DNA from: a bacterium | Lineage (GTDB): Bacteria > UBA8248 | Direction: 5' to 3' | Length of the DNA stretch: 64,000 nucleotides | Assembly (NCBI GenBank): GCA_965219955.1 | Contig: OZ244799.1 | Coordinates: forward strand, 1,760,001 to 1,824,000 | Part shown: in pieces, positions 38,182 through 47,971 of the stretch | Layout of the letters: each line of letters begins with the position of its first letter | How positions within the stretch are numbered: the first letter of the stretch is position 1 | The notes under the pieces: model-generated | What the model was told of the DNA's origin: nothing | Seen by the model: only the letters and a program-made list of their open reading frames with translations | Database searches by the model: none | Program-made: the position numbers and the translations under genes

Positions 38182-39153
38182 ATGGAATACACGAAACCCG
38201 AAGCGAAAGCGTATTGCAGGGAGCACATGACGGGCATTTGGTCCGCTCTCACGACGCCCTTCACGCCCGAGGGTGAGCTGGACGAGGAAGGCCTACGCAA
38301 GATCGTCCGCACCTGCATCGACGACCTCAAGATCGACGGGTTTTTCTGCAACGGGCTGATGGGCGAATACTGGTCGCTCTCGCCCGAGGAGCGTAAGCGC
38401 GTGCAGCACATCGTCTGCGAGGAGAGCCGCGGCGGCGCGCAGACCATCCCCCACACCCCGCACATCAACATCAAAGAGGCGGTCGAACTCACCAAGCACG
38501 CCGAGGAAGTGGGGGCGGACTACGCCATCATGATCAACCCGGTCTACGGCGCGCACGACGACGACGAGATATTCCTCTACTTCAAGACCATCTGCGATCA
38601 GATAGACATCGGCCTCTCGCTGTTCAACCAGCCCAAGTCGGGCACCACGCTCAGCCCCGAGCTCATCGAGCGGCTCTGCACGCTCGAGAACATCTGCTGC
38701 ATCAAGAACGCCGTGCCCAGCATGGCGCACCAGAGCGAGGTGCGCCGCCGCGTGGGGGATGAGATCGTCGTCTGCGACCCGAACGAGGAGAACTTCCTCG
38801 TGAGCCTCCTCCACCTGGACATGCAGGTGCACATGTCCTCTCCCGTGCCCTATCTCTTCCAGGTGCCGGGCTACACGCCGATCCGCGACTACTACGAGGC
38901 CGCGATGGCGGGCGACACGGAGAAGGCCTGGCAGATCAACTACTCGCTGGAACCCCTGCGCACCGTCCGCAAGAAGTATTTCACGACGGGTCCGAACGGG
39001 CGCACGACGGCGTATCTGAAAGAGTGGACGAAGCTCCTCGGCCTGCCCGCAGGCGAGCCGCGTCCGCCCATCGTGCCGCTCACGCAGCGGGAAAAGGACG
39101 CGTTCCGCAAGGACCTGGAGGCGACGGGGATTCTGGATAAAGCGAAGGGGTAA
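38182..39153 (+). CDS. Dihydrodipicolinate synthase-family lyase/aldolase
   Basis: TPF....ELDE.G, G..GE..SLS.EER, Schiff-base Lys in CIKN and G..RPP. Confidence 0.85.
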   Translation: MEYTKPEAKAYCREHMTGIWSALTTPFTPEGELDEEGLRKIVRTCIDDLKIDGFFCNGLMGEYWSLSPEERKRVQHIVCEESRGGAQTIPHTPHINIKEAVELTKHAEEVGADYAIMINPVYGAHDDDEIFLYFKTICDQIDIGLSLFNQPKSGTTLSPELIERLCTLENICCIKNAVPSMAHQSEVRRRVGDEIVVCDPNEENFLVSLLHLDMQVHMSSPVPYLFQVPGYTPIRDYYEAAMAGDTEKAWQINYSLEPLRTVRKKYFTTGPNGRTTAYLKEWTKLLGLPAGEPRPPIVPLTQREKDAFRKDLEATGILDKAKG

Positions 39154-39185
39154 GAACAAAACCTTCCGTCATTGTTAGATTGACC

Positions 39186-39565
39186 CGTAGGGGCGGACCT
39201 AAGTGTCCGCCCCATCTTCATCAACCCGCCATCGTCTCATTTTTCCGTAGGGACAGGTCGCGACCTGTCCTTATGAGACGGTGCGGTTTTGTTCGTCATT
39301 CCGGCAATCAATGCCGACCGGGGAGGGGCTGCTGAAAAAGCCTTAACCAAAAGAGCAACCCCCCCTACCCCCCCTTGTCAGGGGGGTAAAAAAGGCGACG
39401 CCCGCCGCCGGTCCGCCAACCGTCGGTTGAGGGGCTTTTGTTTTTTCTTGCCCCCCTGACAAGGGGGGGTAGGGGGGGTTGCCTTTATGTGGTTTCCCTT
39501 TCAAGGGGTTGCCATTCCCCTCTCAGGAGCTTTTTCAACAACCCCCTCAAGGGGGGAGTGATTAT
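39186..39565. repeat. REP and CCCCCCTACCCCCCTTGTCAGGGGG inverted pair inside a GCTGAAAAAG..CTTTTTCAAC MITE
   Basis: Inverted palindromic units at ~39358-39387 and ~39450-39481; GTAG REPs at 39187 and 39247. Confidence 0.8.
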
Positions 39566-39597
39566 GAATACCTCGTTTTTCGTCCGCGCCCGCCACC

Positions 39598-40473
39598 TCA
39601 CGCCGCCTGCCAGATGATCACCACCATCCCGATGAACAGCAAGACGGCGCCCACCGTTTTCTGCCAGGTGATCTCCTCTTCCCCCTTGAGCCATACCCGC
39701 GCGAGCAGCAGGGAGAACAGCGGCGCCGTATACACGATGGGCGCGATGATCGACACGTCCCCGTAGCGATACGACGTGAAATGGCAGAAAAAAGAGAGCG
39801 TGAGAATCGAGCCCGCCAGCGCGAACCCCATGACACCCGCGCGGTTGAAGGAGAGCCGCTCGTTTTCGGGCAGGAAGGGATAGAACACGAACAGCACGGG
39901 AAGGGAAATCGCATAGGAAAGCGTGGCGCCCAGCAGCGGTTCGGGCATGATGGCGAGCACGTGTTTCCTGATGGACGCGGCGAAGGCGAACGAGACGGCG
40001 TGCGCCATCGGCATGAGGATGAAAATCCTCCGCCAGGGCTTCTCGCCTTCTCTTCTCAAGGCCAGCAGGACGCATCCCGCGACGACGAAGAACGTCGCCC
40101 CCAGGACCACGGCGCCCGGGCGTTCGCCGAGCCAGACCATCGCCACGAGGGTGGAGAAAAAAGGCGTCACCGTGATGAGCGGCATGGCGCGGCCCACCCC
40201 GATGTAGCCGATGCTCAGGAACATGAGCGCCTGCGCCAGTCCGGGCGCGAGCGCGCCGCCCGCCAGAAACCACAGGGCGACCGGCAGCGTGAGCTCCCTC
40301 CACGAGGAGAGAAAGGCCGAGATCGCGACCAGCACCACCGTTCCGATGCTCAGCGTGATGAGGCTGCCCGTGAAGGCGCTCGTGTGGCGCATGTTCCGCC
40401 GCGCCATGACGCTGAAGACGGCGAACAGGATCGACGAGGCGAGCGCAAAGAACGAGGCCAGCAAGGGGTTCAA
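39598..40473 (-). CDS. DMT/EamA family transporter
   Basis: Two EamA repeats, ~10 TM; P.FS...A..WLGE. Confidence 0.85.
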   Translation of the reverse strand: MNPLLASFFALASSILFAVFSVMARRNMRHTSAFTGSLITLSIGTVVLVAISAFLSSWRELTLPVALWFLAGGALAPGLAQALMFLSIGYIGVGRAMPLITVTPFFSTLVAMVWLGERPGAVVLGATFFVVAGCVLLALRREGEKPWRRIFILMPMAHAVSFAFAASIRKHVLAIMPEPLLGATLSYAISLPVLFVFYPFLPENERLSFNRAGVMGFALAGSILTLSFFCHFTSYRYGDVSIIAPIVYTAPLFSLLLARVWLKGEEEITWQKTVGAVLLFIGMVVIIWQAA

Positions 40474-40582
40474 GGAATTCTCCAGAGTCAGGCTTGCTGA
40501 CTTATATGGTACACGCCGCTTGCGCGCTCGCCCGGGCGATGACCGCCGCGCCGCGAAACGGCGCTACCCATGCGGCAAGGCC

Positions 40583-41095
40583 TCAACAGCCGGCTTTCTT
40601 GCACCGGATGCACTCGACGATGTTGTCCGGCTCGTTCGGCCTGGAGGAGTTTTCGACATCGTAGCCCTCCATCTTCCCGTCACCGAACAAGCCGATGAGC
40701 ATTCGCCCGTCTTCGAGAACGATGTAATCCCCAATCAAAACCCTTCCGGTGGCTTCATCCCGGGCGGCCCGCCGGTAAATCTTCCGGGTCTTGATTCTGT
40801 GATTGCACGAAGAGGCGTACCGGAGTCCATTCTTCAGCGTGTGAACTTTCCCGTCCGCGATTTCCGTCTGCGCTGCGCGTTCGCCCCCGGAAGCCCAGCC
40901 GTCCATGAAGGTCACTCTCGTGATAGCGTTTTCACCCACCGCGAAGGATATTTTCAGGTAGCGGGTTTTGCCGCAAATCCACTCGCCGGCCATCGCCCGG
41001 TTGCAAATGGTGACAGGTTCGGCGGCAGACGCACCCCCTGCGGGCACTATGAGAACGATCGAGAGAAGCAACGCTTTCAGAACGAGAGAAAACAT
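40583..41095 (-). CDS. Hypothetical secreted protein
   Basis: Signal peptide (ASA-A); GGAGAG RBS; no recognised family. Confidence 0.55.
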   Translation of the reverse strand: MFSLVLKALLLSIVLIVPAGGASAAEPVTICNRAMAGEWICGKTRYLKISFAVGENAITRVTFMDGWASGGERAAQTEIADGKVHTLKNGLRYASSCNHRIKTRKIYRRAARDEATGRVLIGDYIVLEDGRMLIGLFGDGKMEGYDVENSSRPNEPDNIVECIRCKKAGC

Positions 41096-41453
41096 GAGCG
41101 TCTCTCCATAAACGTCCGGTTCCGCGGGATTCTACACCACCCAAGTGAAAAGCGCCGCCCGTATACGGGAAGCAAAGGGGCGTCCCTCGATACGGCGCTT
41201 CGCGCCTACTCGGGATGAGGGGGTTGTCCTCGCTCTCCGGTCTGGCACTCACCTTCCTCACCCTGAGTAGCCGCCGGAGGCGGCGTATCGAAGGGCGACA
41301 GCGATCAATGCGGGGTTGTTGAAGAAGCCCCCTGACAAGTGGGGCAAAGGCGGCACCCCCTTGACCCGCGCACGGGGAGCCTGTCCACGGCGAAAGCGCG
41401 CTGGCGTTCCGATCCGCGATGGGGTATATTCTTTCCAGAATGGAGGAAAGATA

Positions 41454-42077
41454 ATGGGGACGAACAGTACGGACCGGACCATGTCGGCGAACGAGGCGGC
41501 CTGCGTCACCGGCGTGCCCCTGAAACAGGTGCACCGCATCATCGACTCGGGCCTCCTGGGCGCCGCCGCGAAAAGCCGCAAAGGCTCCCGCGTCGTCCTT
41601 CGAGACGGACTGGTGGGCCTCAAGCTCGCCCACGAGACGACGGACACCCTCACCCTCGACGGACGCCGGCGGCTCGTGCGCTATCTTCTCGAGAATCCGA
41701 AGGCCGCGACGGCCCGCGAGAACAACGTGTCCGTCGACGTGCGGCCCATGAAGGGGCAGGTGCGCAGAGGGCTTTCCAGGCTGGCGAGGGCGCGCAGGAT
41801 GATCGCGGCCGATGAGGCCGTACTCTCAGGCTCCGCGTGCATCAAGGGAACCCGTATACCCGTTCACGATATCGCCGAAATGCTTGCCAACGGCGACGGC
41901 GTGGACGCCGTCCTCGCGGCTTACCCCTCCCTCGCGGAGGCCCAGATCGAGGCCGCGGCCCTCTATGCCCGGGCCTACCCGCGCCGCGGCCGTCCCCGTC
42001 AAGGACCCTTCTGGCGGAGCCGAAAACCAATCATATCGAGCGAGGTCGATTTCCGGGAATTGCCTCCGGGCCGGTGA
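41454..42077 (+). CDS. DUF433-domain antitoxin (VapB45-like)
   Basis: G...IKGTRIPV..I...L..G......YP.L...QI.AA. Confidence 0.85.
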   Translation: MGTNSTDRTMSANEAACVTGVPLKQVHRIIDSGLLGAAAKSRKGSRVVLRDGLVGLKLAHETTDTLTLDGRRRLVRYLLENPKAATARENNVSVDVRPMKGQVRRGLSRLARARRMIAADEAVLSGSACIKGTRIPVHDIAEMLANGDGVDAVLAAYPSLAEAQIEAAALYARAYPRRGRPRQGPFWRSRKPIISSEVDFRELPPGR

Positions 42078-42463
42078 AGTTTCTCATCGACGAATGTCTT
42101 AGCCCGACGCTCGCGGCCATCGCCCGAAAACAGGGGTTTCCGGAATCGACGCACGTGAGCTGGATCGGATTGAGGTCCCGGAAGGACTGGCTTCTCGTCC
42201 GGCGCGCGATCCGGGACGGATATGTGCTCGTAACGAACGACACGACGGATTTCGCTCCGCTCATGGAACGGGAGCGCGACCATCCCGGTCTCGTCTGTAT
42301 CAACGTAGCACACGGCCTCATGAGCCTGGACGTCCAAACGAAGCTGTTTGAGCATGCCTTGGCGCAATTGGCGGAGGTCGACCTCGCCGGTCAGGTTCTC
42401 GAAGTCACACTGACACCCGACCGCACGGTTCGGGTAGACAGATATGTTACGGGAGTCCGGTAA
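42074..42463 (+). CDS. DUF5615 PIN-like toxin (VapC45-like)
   Basis: KFLIDE.L, D..L...A, LVT.D..DF and H.G; overlaps the antitoxin stop (GTGA). Confidence 0.85.
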   Translation: MKFLIDECLSPTLAAIARKQGFPESTHVSWIGLRSRKDWLLVRRAIRDGYVLVTNDTTDFAPLMERERDHPGLVCINVAHGLMSLDVQTKLFEHALAQLAEVDLAGQVLEVTLTPDRTVRVDRYVTGVR

Positions 42464-42611
42464 CCGCGCCCAGGGCTCCCCCTGGAAATACACCTCGCCG
42501 AGGCGGCGGGAAGCCAAGATCATTCAGCAGGCGGAAATTTGACGGAGAGAACCAAGTTTCGATAGGATAGGTGTGTATGTGCTTATGTGTATATGCACAG
42601 GAGATTGGCCC

Positions 42612-42848
42612 ATGAACCGATGGAACCTTTCCATCCCCGAAGAGACCGACCGCGCGGTCCGCACCTTTCTTGCGCGAAACGGCGGCAAGAAAGGAGACCT
42701 CTCCCGCTTCGTGGATGAAGCCGTGCGACGCCGCGTATTGGAACTCACCGTCAGCCGGGTCAAGGAGCGCAACGCCCGATATGACCAGCAAGACCTCCTC
42801 GATCTGATCGACGAGGAAGTGGACGCCGCGCGTGCGGGTCGTTCTTGA
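42612..42848 (+). CDS. Ribbon-helix-helix antitoxin
   Basis: RWNL.I..ETD..VR.FLA..G.KKGDLSRFV.EAV; TGTG-rich repeats upstream (42570-42598). Confidence 0.8.
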   Translation: MNRWNLSIPEETDRAVRTFLARNGGKKGDLSRFVDEAVRRRVLELTVSRVKERNARYDQQDLLDLIDEEVDAARAGRS

Positions 42849-43248
42849 CACCAATGTCCTGATCAGCGCCCTCATCACCACCGGCACCCCGCCGGACGGG
42901 TTGTACCGGGCATGGTTGCGCGGCGATATCGAACTCGTGACATCTGCCGCGCAAATCGCCGAGATAGCCGATGTAATTTCCCGTCCCCGCCTACAAAAAA
43001 TTTTGGACGCCGACGAAGCGATTGCCATCGTCGAGAACATCGGCAGCCGCGCCACCATCCTCGATAATCCGCCAGCAGTGAACCTATCTCCTGATCCAGG
43101 AGACAACCCGATTCTGGCCGCGGCAATCGCAGGTCATGCCGACCTGATCGTTTCAGGCGACAAGAAGCACATGCTCGCCCTCGCAGAGGTCGAAGGCGTA
43201 CCTATCGTGACAGCCCGCGAAGCTCTTCAACGTATAGGCAACACATGA
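42832..43248 (+). CDS. PIN-domain toxin
   Basis: RVVLDTNVLISAL and DP.DN.ILA.A..G.ADLIVSGD. Confidence 0.9.
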   Translation: MRVVLDTNVLISALITTGTPPDGLYRAWLRGDIELVTSAAQIAEIADVISRPRLQKILDADEAIAIVENIGSRATILDNPPAVNLSPDPGDNPILAAAIAGHADLIVSGDKKHMLALAEVEGVPIVTAREALQRIGNT

Positions 43249-43305
43249 AGCTGAAAAGACCCATCACGGCGGCGGAAATCACTTGGCACCCGCCTTTACC
43301 CGCTC

Positions 43306-44526
43306 CTAAAAATACACCTCGCCGGGCCTGACGGGGGGCGTCCACTCGCACTCGCCGAAGGGGCCGTCGCCGTTTTCCTTGACGTAGGCGACGCGGTTCT
43401 CGTTCACGCTCTCTCCGATCAGGGCGCGGTGCAGCCAGTCGAGAATGTACTGGTGGTTGTCCACGCCGCCCAGGTTCGAGAGGCTCACCAGGGGGTGGAA
43501 CTGGTTCTCGAACACCCACATCTCCTTCTTGCAGGTCAAATCCTCATATACCTCGATGGCGTCCTCGAGCGGGCACAGCGGGTCGAACTCGCCCGTCACG
43601 AGCAGCGTGGGGCACTCAATCTTGTCCATGTAGCCCTTGACGGTCATGTTGCGCGCCATCTCGTCGAAGGCGTCCTCATCGTCCATGCCCGCCATGTACA
43701 TGAACACCTGCTTGAAGCGGGGTGAGGACTGCGTGAAGATGGTGTTGTTCGGATTAAAACACGCCACAGCGCTCGCGACCGCCGCCGCCCGGTGGTCGTA
43801 GCTCGCGAGACGAAGCGACCAGAAGCTCCCCATGCTGATGCCGTAGATGCCGATCTTGGTGGGCTCGATCTCCTCGCGCCCCAGGAGGTAGTCCATCACC
43901 GCCGCGCCCGCGCGCTCGTAGTTGTCGCCGACGGCGCGGATCTTCTGGATGTTGGAATTGCCCTGCCCCGGCCCGTCCATCGCAATGACGTGAAAGCCCC
44001 TGTCCGCCGCCACGTTGTGGCGCGCGTGGGGGAATACTTCTTTACTCTGATCCATGCCCGGCACGTAGATGATGCACGGCGCCTTTCTGCGGTCGGGCAG
44101 CAGGTGCAGGAGGCAGGAGATGGTCTTGCCGTCGTCGAAGGGCACCTCGACGCGCTCGATGGGATAAGACGCCGTCTCCGAGCGTCTGTCGACCACTTCC
44201 TTGAGCTTGTTGCAGAGATAAATCTTCACCGGGTTGTCGTCGTAGAAAATCGGGTGCTGCGCCATGCGGTAGGCCTCGATGGCGTGGTCGTAGTGCTCCG
44301 TGGCCGTGGCGTCGAAGCCCTCCCGCTGGGCCTTCTTGCCGAGTGTTTCGTGCGCTTCCGCGGACTCGCGCCAGACCTTGGGCAGCATCTGGTAGTTGTG
44401 GGCGCGCTTGCCCTGCGGGACTTCCAGGTAATCGCGCTCGAAGTTCTGGACGCGGCCCCTCATGTTCAGGGCCAGGTCGAGCATCCACTGCTGGTTGTCT
44501 CTTTCGGTGCGTAGTTTGCGAATCAT
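43306..44526 (-). CDS. Alpha/beta hydrolase (FrsA / 2,6-dihydroxypseudooxynicotine hydrolase-like)
   Basis: G.D..KE, DGPGQG, nucleophile GISMG, GE.D and H; ATG after GGAGAGG. Confidence 0.8.
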   Translation of the reverse strand: MIRKLRTERDNQQWMLDLALNMRGRVQNFERDYLEVPQGKRAHNYQMLPKVWRESAEAHETLGKKAQREGFDATATEHYDHAIEAYRMAQHPIFYDDNPVKIYLCNKLKEVVDRRSETASYPIERVEVPFDDGKTISCLLHLLPDRRKAPCIIYVPGMDQSKEVFPHARHNVAADRGFHVIAMDGPGQGNSNIQKIRAVGDNYERAGAAVMDYLLGREEIEPTKIGIYGISMGSFWSLRLASYDHRAAAVASAVACFNPNNTIFTQSSPRFKQVFMYMAGMDDEDAFDEMARNMTVKGYMDKIECPTLLVTGEFDPLCPLEDAIEVYEDLTCKKEMWVFENQFHPLVSLSNLGGVDNHQYILDWLHRALIGESVNENRVAYVKENGDGPFGECEWTPPVRPGEVYF

Positions 44527-44653
44527 TTTCCTCTCCACGTTTGAAAAATGGCAAAAAAGTTTCGCCGGGAAATTTAGCTGTTCCGGATTCGGGCGGAATG
44601 CTAATCACGCCGACGTGATTCGGTCAATCCACCCGACTTAAAAGTACATTCCG

Positions 44654-45826
44654 CTAGCGGACGACGTCCTCCCTCCTGAGGGCAGCTATCTCCTCAACTG
44701 ACAAGCCGAGTTCCCCGAGCACCTCATCGCTGTGCTGCCCCAGCACCGGCGGGGGCCTGCGCACGGAAGCGGGCGTCTTGTCGAACTTCACGGGCACGCC
44801 GCCCAGTTGCAACACCCCGTATTCGGGATGCTCGGCGCGGGCCAGATAGCCCATTGCCTTCATCTGCGGGTCTTCATACAGATCCGTGGGCTTGCGCACG
44901 CGCGCGCAGGGCACGCCCTCGCCCTCGAACCTGCGCACCCATTCCTCGCCCGGCGCCGTGCGCAACACCGCCTGCACGAGGGGGATGATGACGCCTCGCG
45001 CATCGTGCCTCCCCCGGAAGGTTCGCCAGGCCTCTTCTTCGAGCAGCTCCGGGAGTTCGAGAATTTCCGAGGATTTCTCCCAGAAGCCGTCCACGTCCAT
45101 GTAAAGATAGATGTGGCCGTCGGAGACCTCGTAGACGCGGGCGATCCGGTCGTTCAGGGCGTCTTCCACCTCCGAGACGGGTTCCGTATCGCTCGCCCAA
45201 ATGAGGCGTCCGAACTGCATGGCCGTGGCCCCGCCCAGGAGCGATGCGTCGACCCGCTGGCCTTGGCCGGTGCGTTCGCGGGCGTAGAGCGCCATCATCA
45301 CCGCGCCGTAGGCGAGCGCGCCCGTCATGTAGTCCACGAAGGAGCCCTGTACGAGCTGCGGCGCGCCGCCCCCGCCCTGTTCGGCGGGGATGCCCGCCGT
45401 CGTCTGGATGATGGGGTCGATGCCGCGCCGCTCGCGCAGGGGGCCGCCCTGTCCGTAGGCGGATACCGAGAGATAGATGAGTCGGGGGTTCTCGCGCATC
45501 AGGGCGTCCGCGCCGAGGCCGAATTTCTCGATCGCGCCGGGGCGGTAGCCCTCCACGAACACGTCCACCTGCGAAGCCAGTTTTTGGGCGATCTTCCTGC
45601 CCTGTTCGGTGCGCAGATTGAGGGCGAGGCTCCTCTTGCTGCGGTTCAGCCCCAGGAAGAGCCTGCTCTCCCCGGCGAACGAAGACGGGAAATTCCGCAC
45701 GCGGTCGCCCTCGGGCGGCTCTAACTTCACCACGTCCGCGCCCGCGTCCCCCATCATCAGCGTGCAGAACGGCCCCGCCACGTAATGCGTGAGGTCCAGC
45801 ACCCGAATTCCTTCCAGCCCGTCCAT
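44654..45826 (-). CDS. CoA-transferase family III (CaiB/BaiF)
   Basis: GIRVLDL...AGP.C, GADV.K.E, NR.KRS, NPRLIY and PP.LGQH. Confidence 0.92.
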   Translation of the reverse strand: MDGLEGIRVLDLTHYVAGPFCTLMMGDAGADVVKLEPPEGDRVRNFPSSFAGESRLFLGLNRSKRSLALNLRTEQGRKIAQKLASQVDVFVEGYRPGAIEKFGLGADALMRENPRLIYLSVSAYGQGGPLRERRGIDPIIQTTAGIPAEQGGGGAPQLVQGSFVDYMTGALAYGAVMMALYARERTGQGQRVDASLLGGATAMQFGRLIWASDTEPVSEVEDALNDRIARVYEVSDGHIYLYMDVDGFWEKSSEILELPELLEEEAWRTFRGRHDARGVIIPLVQAVLRTAPGEEWVRRFEGEGVPCARVRKPTDLYEDPQMKAMGYLARAEHPEYGVLQLGGVPVKFDKTPASVRRPPPVLGQHSDEVLGELGLSVEEIAALRREDVVR

Positions 45827-45871
45827 CTTAATCCTTGAAAATACTTGAAATATACATAATATCTATTTGTT

Positions 45872-46288
45872 TTACTGCCGTTTATTAACTATATCAATCT
45901 TCTCCATCAGCTTTTCATTCTTGCGCTCTTTGGGCACGATGAAGCGCTCGTTCGTCCCCCGGGCGACGAGTTCCACCTCGTCGTGTATCTCCACCTCGAA
46001 AACGCAGCGCCTGCGGTCACGCTCGACCAGCCGCGCCCGCGCCTCCACGCGCATCCCCCTGGGCGTTCCCGCCATGTGGGTGAGCGATACCTTCGTCCCC
46101 ACGCTCGTCTCATCAGGCCCCAGGTGCGCCGCCAGCGCGTCCATGGCGGCCTTTTCCATGAAGCGCACCAGTTCGGGCGTCGCCACCACTTCCGCGTTCG
46201 TGCCGCGCAGGTGCAGAGGAACGTGCTCCTCCGCCACGACGACGGCATACGTCCCCGCAAGCCCCGGCTGAATCACGTCTTCATTCAT
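45872..46288 (-). CDS. Hot-dog thioesterase, fluoroacetyl-CoA thioesterase (FlK)-like
   Basis: V.ATP.L...ME.AA, SVGT....H...T..G and G...R.IV. Confidence 0.85.
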   Translation of the reverse strand: MNEDVIQPGLAGTYAVVVAEEHVPLHLRGTNAEVVATPELVRFMEKAAMDALAAHLGPDETSVGTKVSLTHMAGTPRGMRVEARARLVERDRRRCVFEVEIHDEVELVARGTNERFIVPKERKNEKLMEKIDIVNKRQ

Positions 46289-46319
46289 GTGGGTTCACCA
46301 GGTGGCCGCGATACGGCGG

Positions 46320-47306
46320 CTAGCCGCCCATCGTGAGCACGATTTTCCCGAAAACTTTTCCGGTCATCAGCACGTCGTGGGATCGCGGCGCATCCGCCAG
46401 CGGCATCGTCTCCCCCACCGAGGCGCGCACCCTGCCGTCGGCCAGCATGAGGTCCAGCTGGCGAATCATCTCCGGGAATACGGGGTCTGAGTTGAACAGG
46501 CTTAGGCCCCGCACGTCGATGTCTTTGGAATAAAACGGCGGATAGTTCACCGAACCCACCGGGTTCTTGCCGGTGCCCGCGCCGAGCACGACGACCGTGC
46601 CGTATTTCTTGACCGCCCGGCAGTCGGCGTCGAAATTCTCCGCCGCCACCATCTCGATCACCGAATCCACCCCGAGGCCGCCGGTCTCGTCCAGGCAGCG
46701 CTCGGCGACATCCTCCTCTCGGTAGTTGACGACCACGTCTGCGCCGAACCCGCGGCAAAACGCGGCCTTTTCTTCTGAACTCACCGTCGTGATGACGCGG
46801 GCGCCGGCCGCCTTCGCTATCTGAATCCCCATGCAGCCCACGCCGCCCGCACCCGCGTGGATGAGCACCGTCTCGCCCGCCTTGAGCCCCGCCTTGTAAA
46901 TCAGCGCGTAATAGGCCGTGTACAGGACCACCGGGAGGGACGCGCCCTCCTCGTAGGAGAGGTTGTCGGGGAGTTTCGCCGTGCGGAAGGGGTTGAGAAT
47001 CGCCTTTTCGGCGTAAGAGCCGCTCACCGCCGCGCCGAACACCCTGTCGCCGGGGGCGAAGGAGCTTACGCCCTCGCCGACGGCCAGCACGTCGCCCGCC
47101 GCGTCGACGCCGGGCGTCCAGGGCAGGGCCAGGCTCTTCGAGAGCGGGTGCGCGCCCGAGCGGAAGGTGGTGTCCACGGGGTTCACGCCCGCCGCCTTCA
47201 CGTCCACCAGGATTTGTCCCGCCCCGGGCGTGGGGTCCGCCGCATCCTCGAGCACCATTACTTCGGGGCCGCCGAATTCATGCACGTGTATGGCCTTCAT
47301 CTTCAT
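46320..47306 (-). CDS. NADPH:quinone oxidoreductase (MDR family), third paralog
   Basis: FGGPEV, AAGVNPVD, GAGGVG and GTG..P as in the pair at 2976-4967. Confidence 0.87.
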   Translation of the reverse strand: MKMKAIHVHEFGGPEVMVLEDAADPTPGAGQILVDVKAAGVNPVDTTFRSGAHPLSKSLALPWTPGVDAAGDVLAVGEGVSSFAPGDRVFGAAVSGSYAEKAILNPFRTAKLPDNLSYEEGASLPVVLYTAYYALIYKAGLKAGETVLIHAGAGGVGCMGIQIAKAAGARVITTVSSEEKAAFCRGFGADVVVNYREEDVAERCLDETGGLGVDSVIEMVAAENFDADCRAVKKYGTVVVLGAGTGKNPVGSVNYPPFYSKDIDVRGLSLFNSDPVFPEMIRQLDLMLADGRVRASVGETMPLADAPRSHDVLMTGKVFGKIVLTMGG

Positions 47307-47499
47307 CTCCTGTCGAATTGGGGCGCCATGCGCCTCGTCGTTATCTCAAAAATGGACAATGGGTTGTTCCGATCCCCTATTCCTTATCACACATCGGGAG
47401 AAAATGCTCTTTCTTCCGGGGTCGCCCCCCGGCGAAGCGGCGAGAGCAAACACTCATTCATCAATCGCGTTTGACCTTCGATACAAACGCTCCTTTCCC

Positions 47500-47706
47500 G
47501 GGGTTGTTGAAAAACCCTGTTTCAGTGTCGGCGGCATGGAGGTTCACGCGGCGCAGGCGCGATGGTTTTGTAGGGACAGGCCTCCGTGCCTGTCCTGCCC
47601 TCCGTGGTTGCCCTTCATCAGGACAGGCACGGAGGCCTGTCCCTACGATGAACAATTCGATGATCGGGATTCCCTCCCTCCCCAGGGGGACTTTTTCAAC
47701 AACCCC
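47500..47706. mobile_element. REPIN-carrying MITE
   Basis: GGGGTTGTTGAAAAACCC...TTTTTCAACAACCCC termini; left ~100 bp matches 11153 and 28701. Confidence 0.8.
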
Positions 47707-47971
47707 TTCTCAGTCGCGTTCGCCGCTCGGGTGGCCTGAGGCCTTCGGGATGCCTCAGGCCTTGACACGGAATTTTCAACGGAGATAATGCCTCATTCTC
47801 ATCAGCGTAAACAAAAGCGCGCGCCCTGCCTTTGCGCGTAAGGGGCGGAGAATACCGACAGGCGGAGGACTCGAGTTCCCGGGGAACTCTGAATGGTCCT
47901 GAGCGTTCATCTGGTGATGAGAGGTCATCACCATGAGGTCTGCACGTTTTCACCATGAAAAGGAGCTTGTA

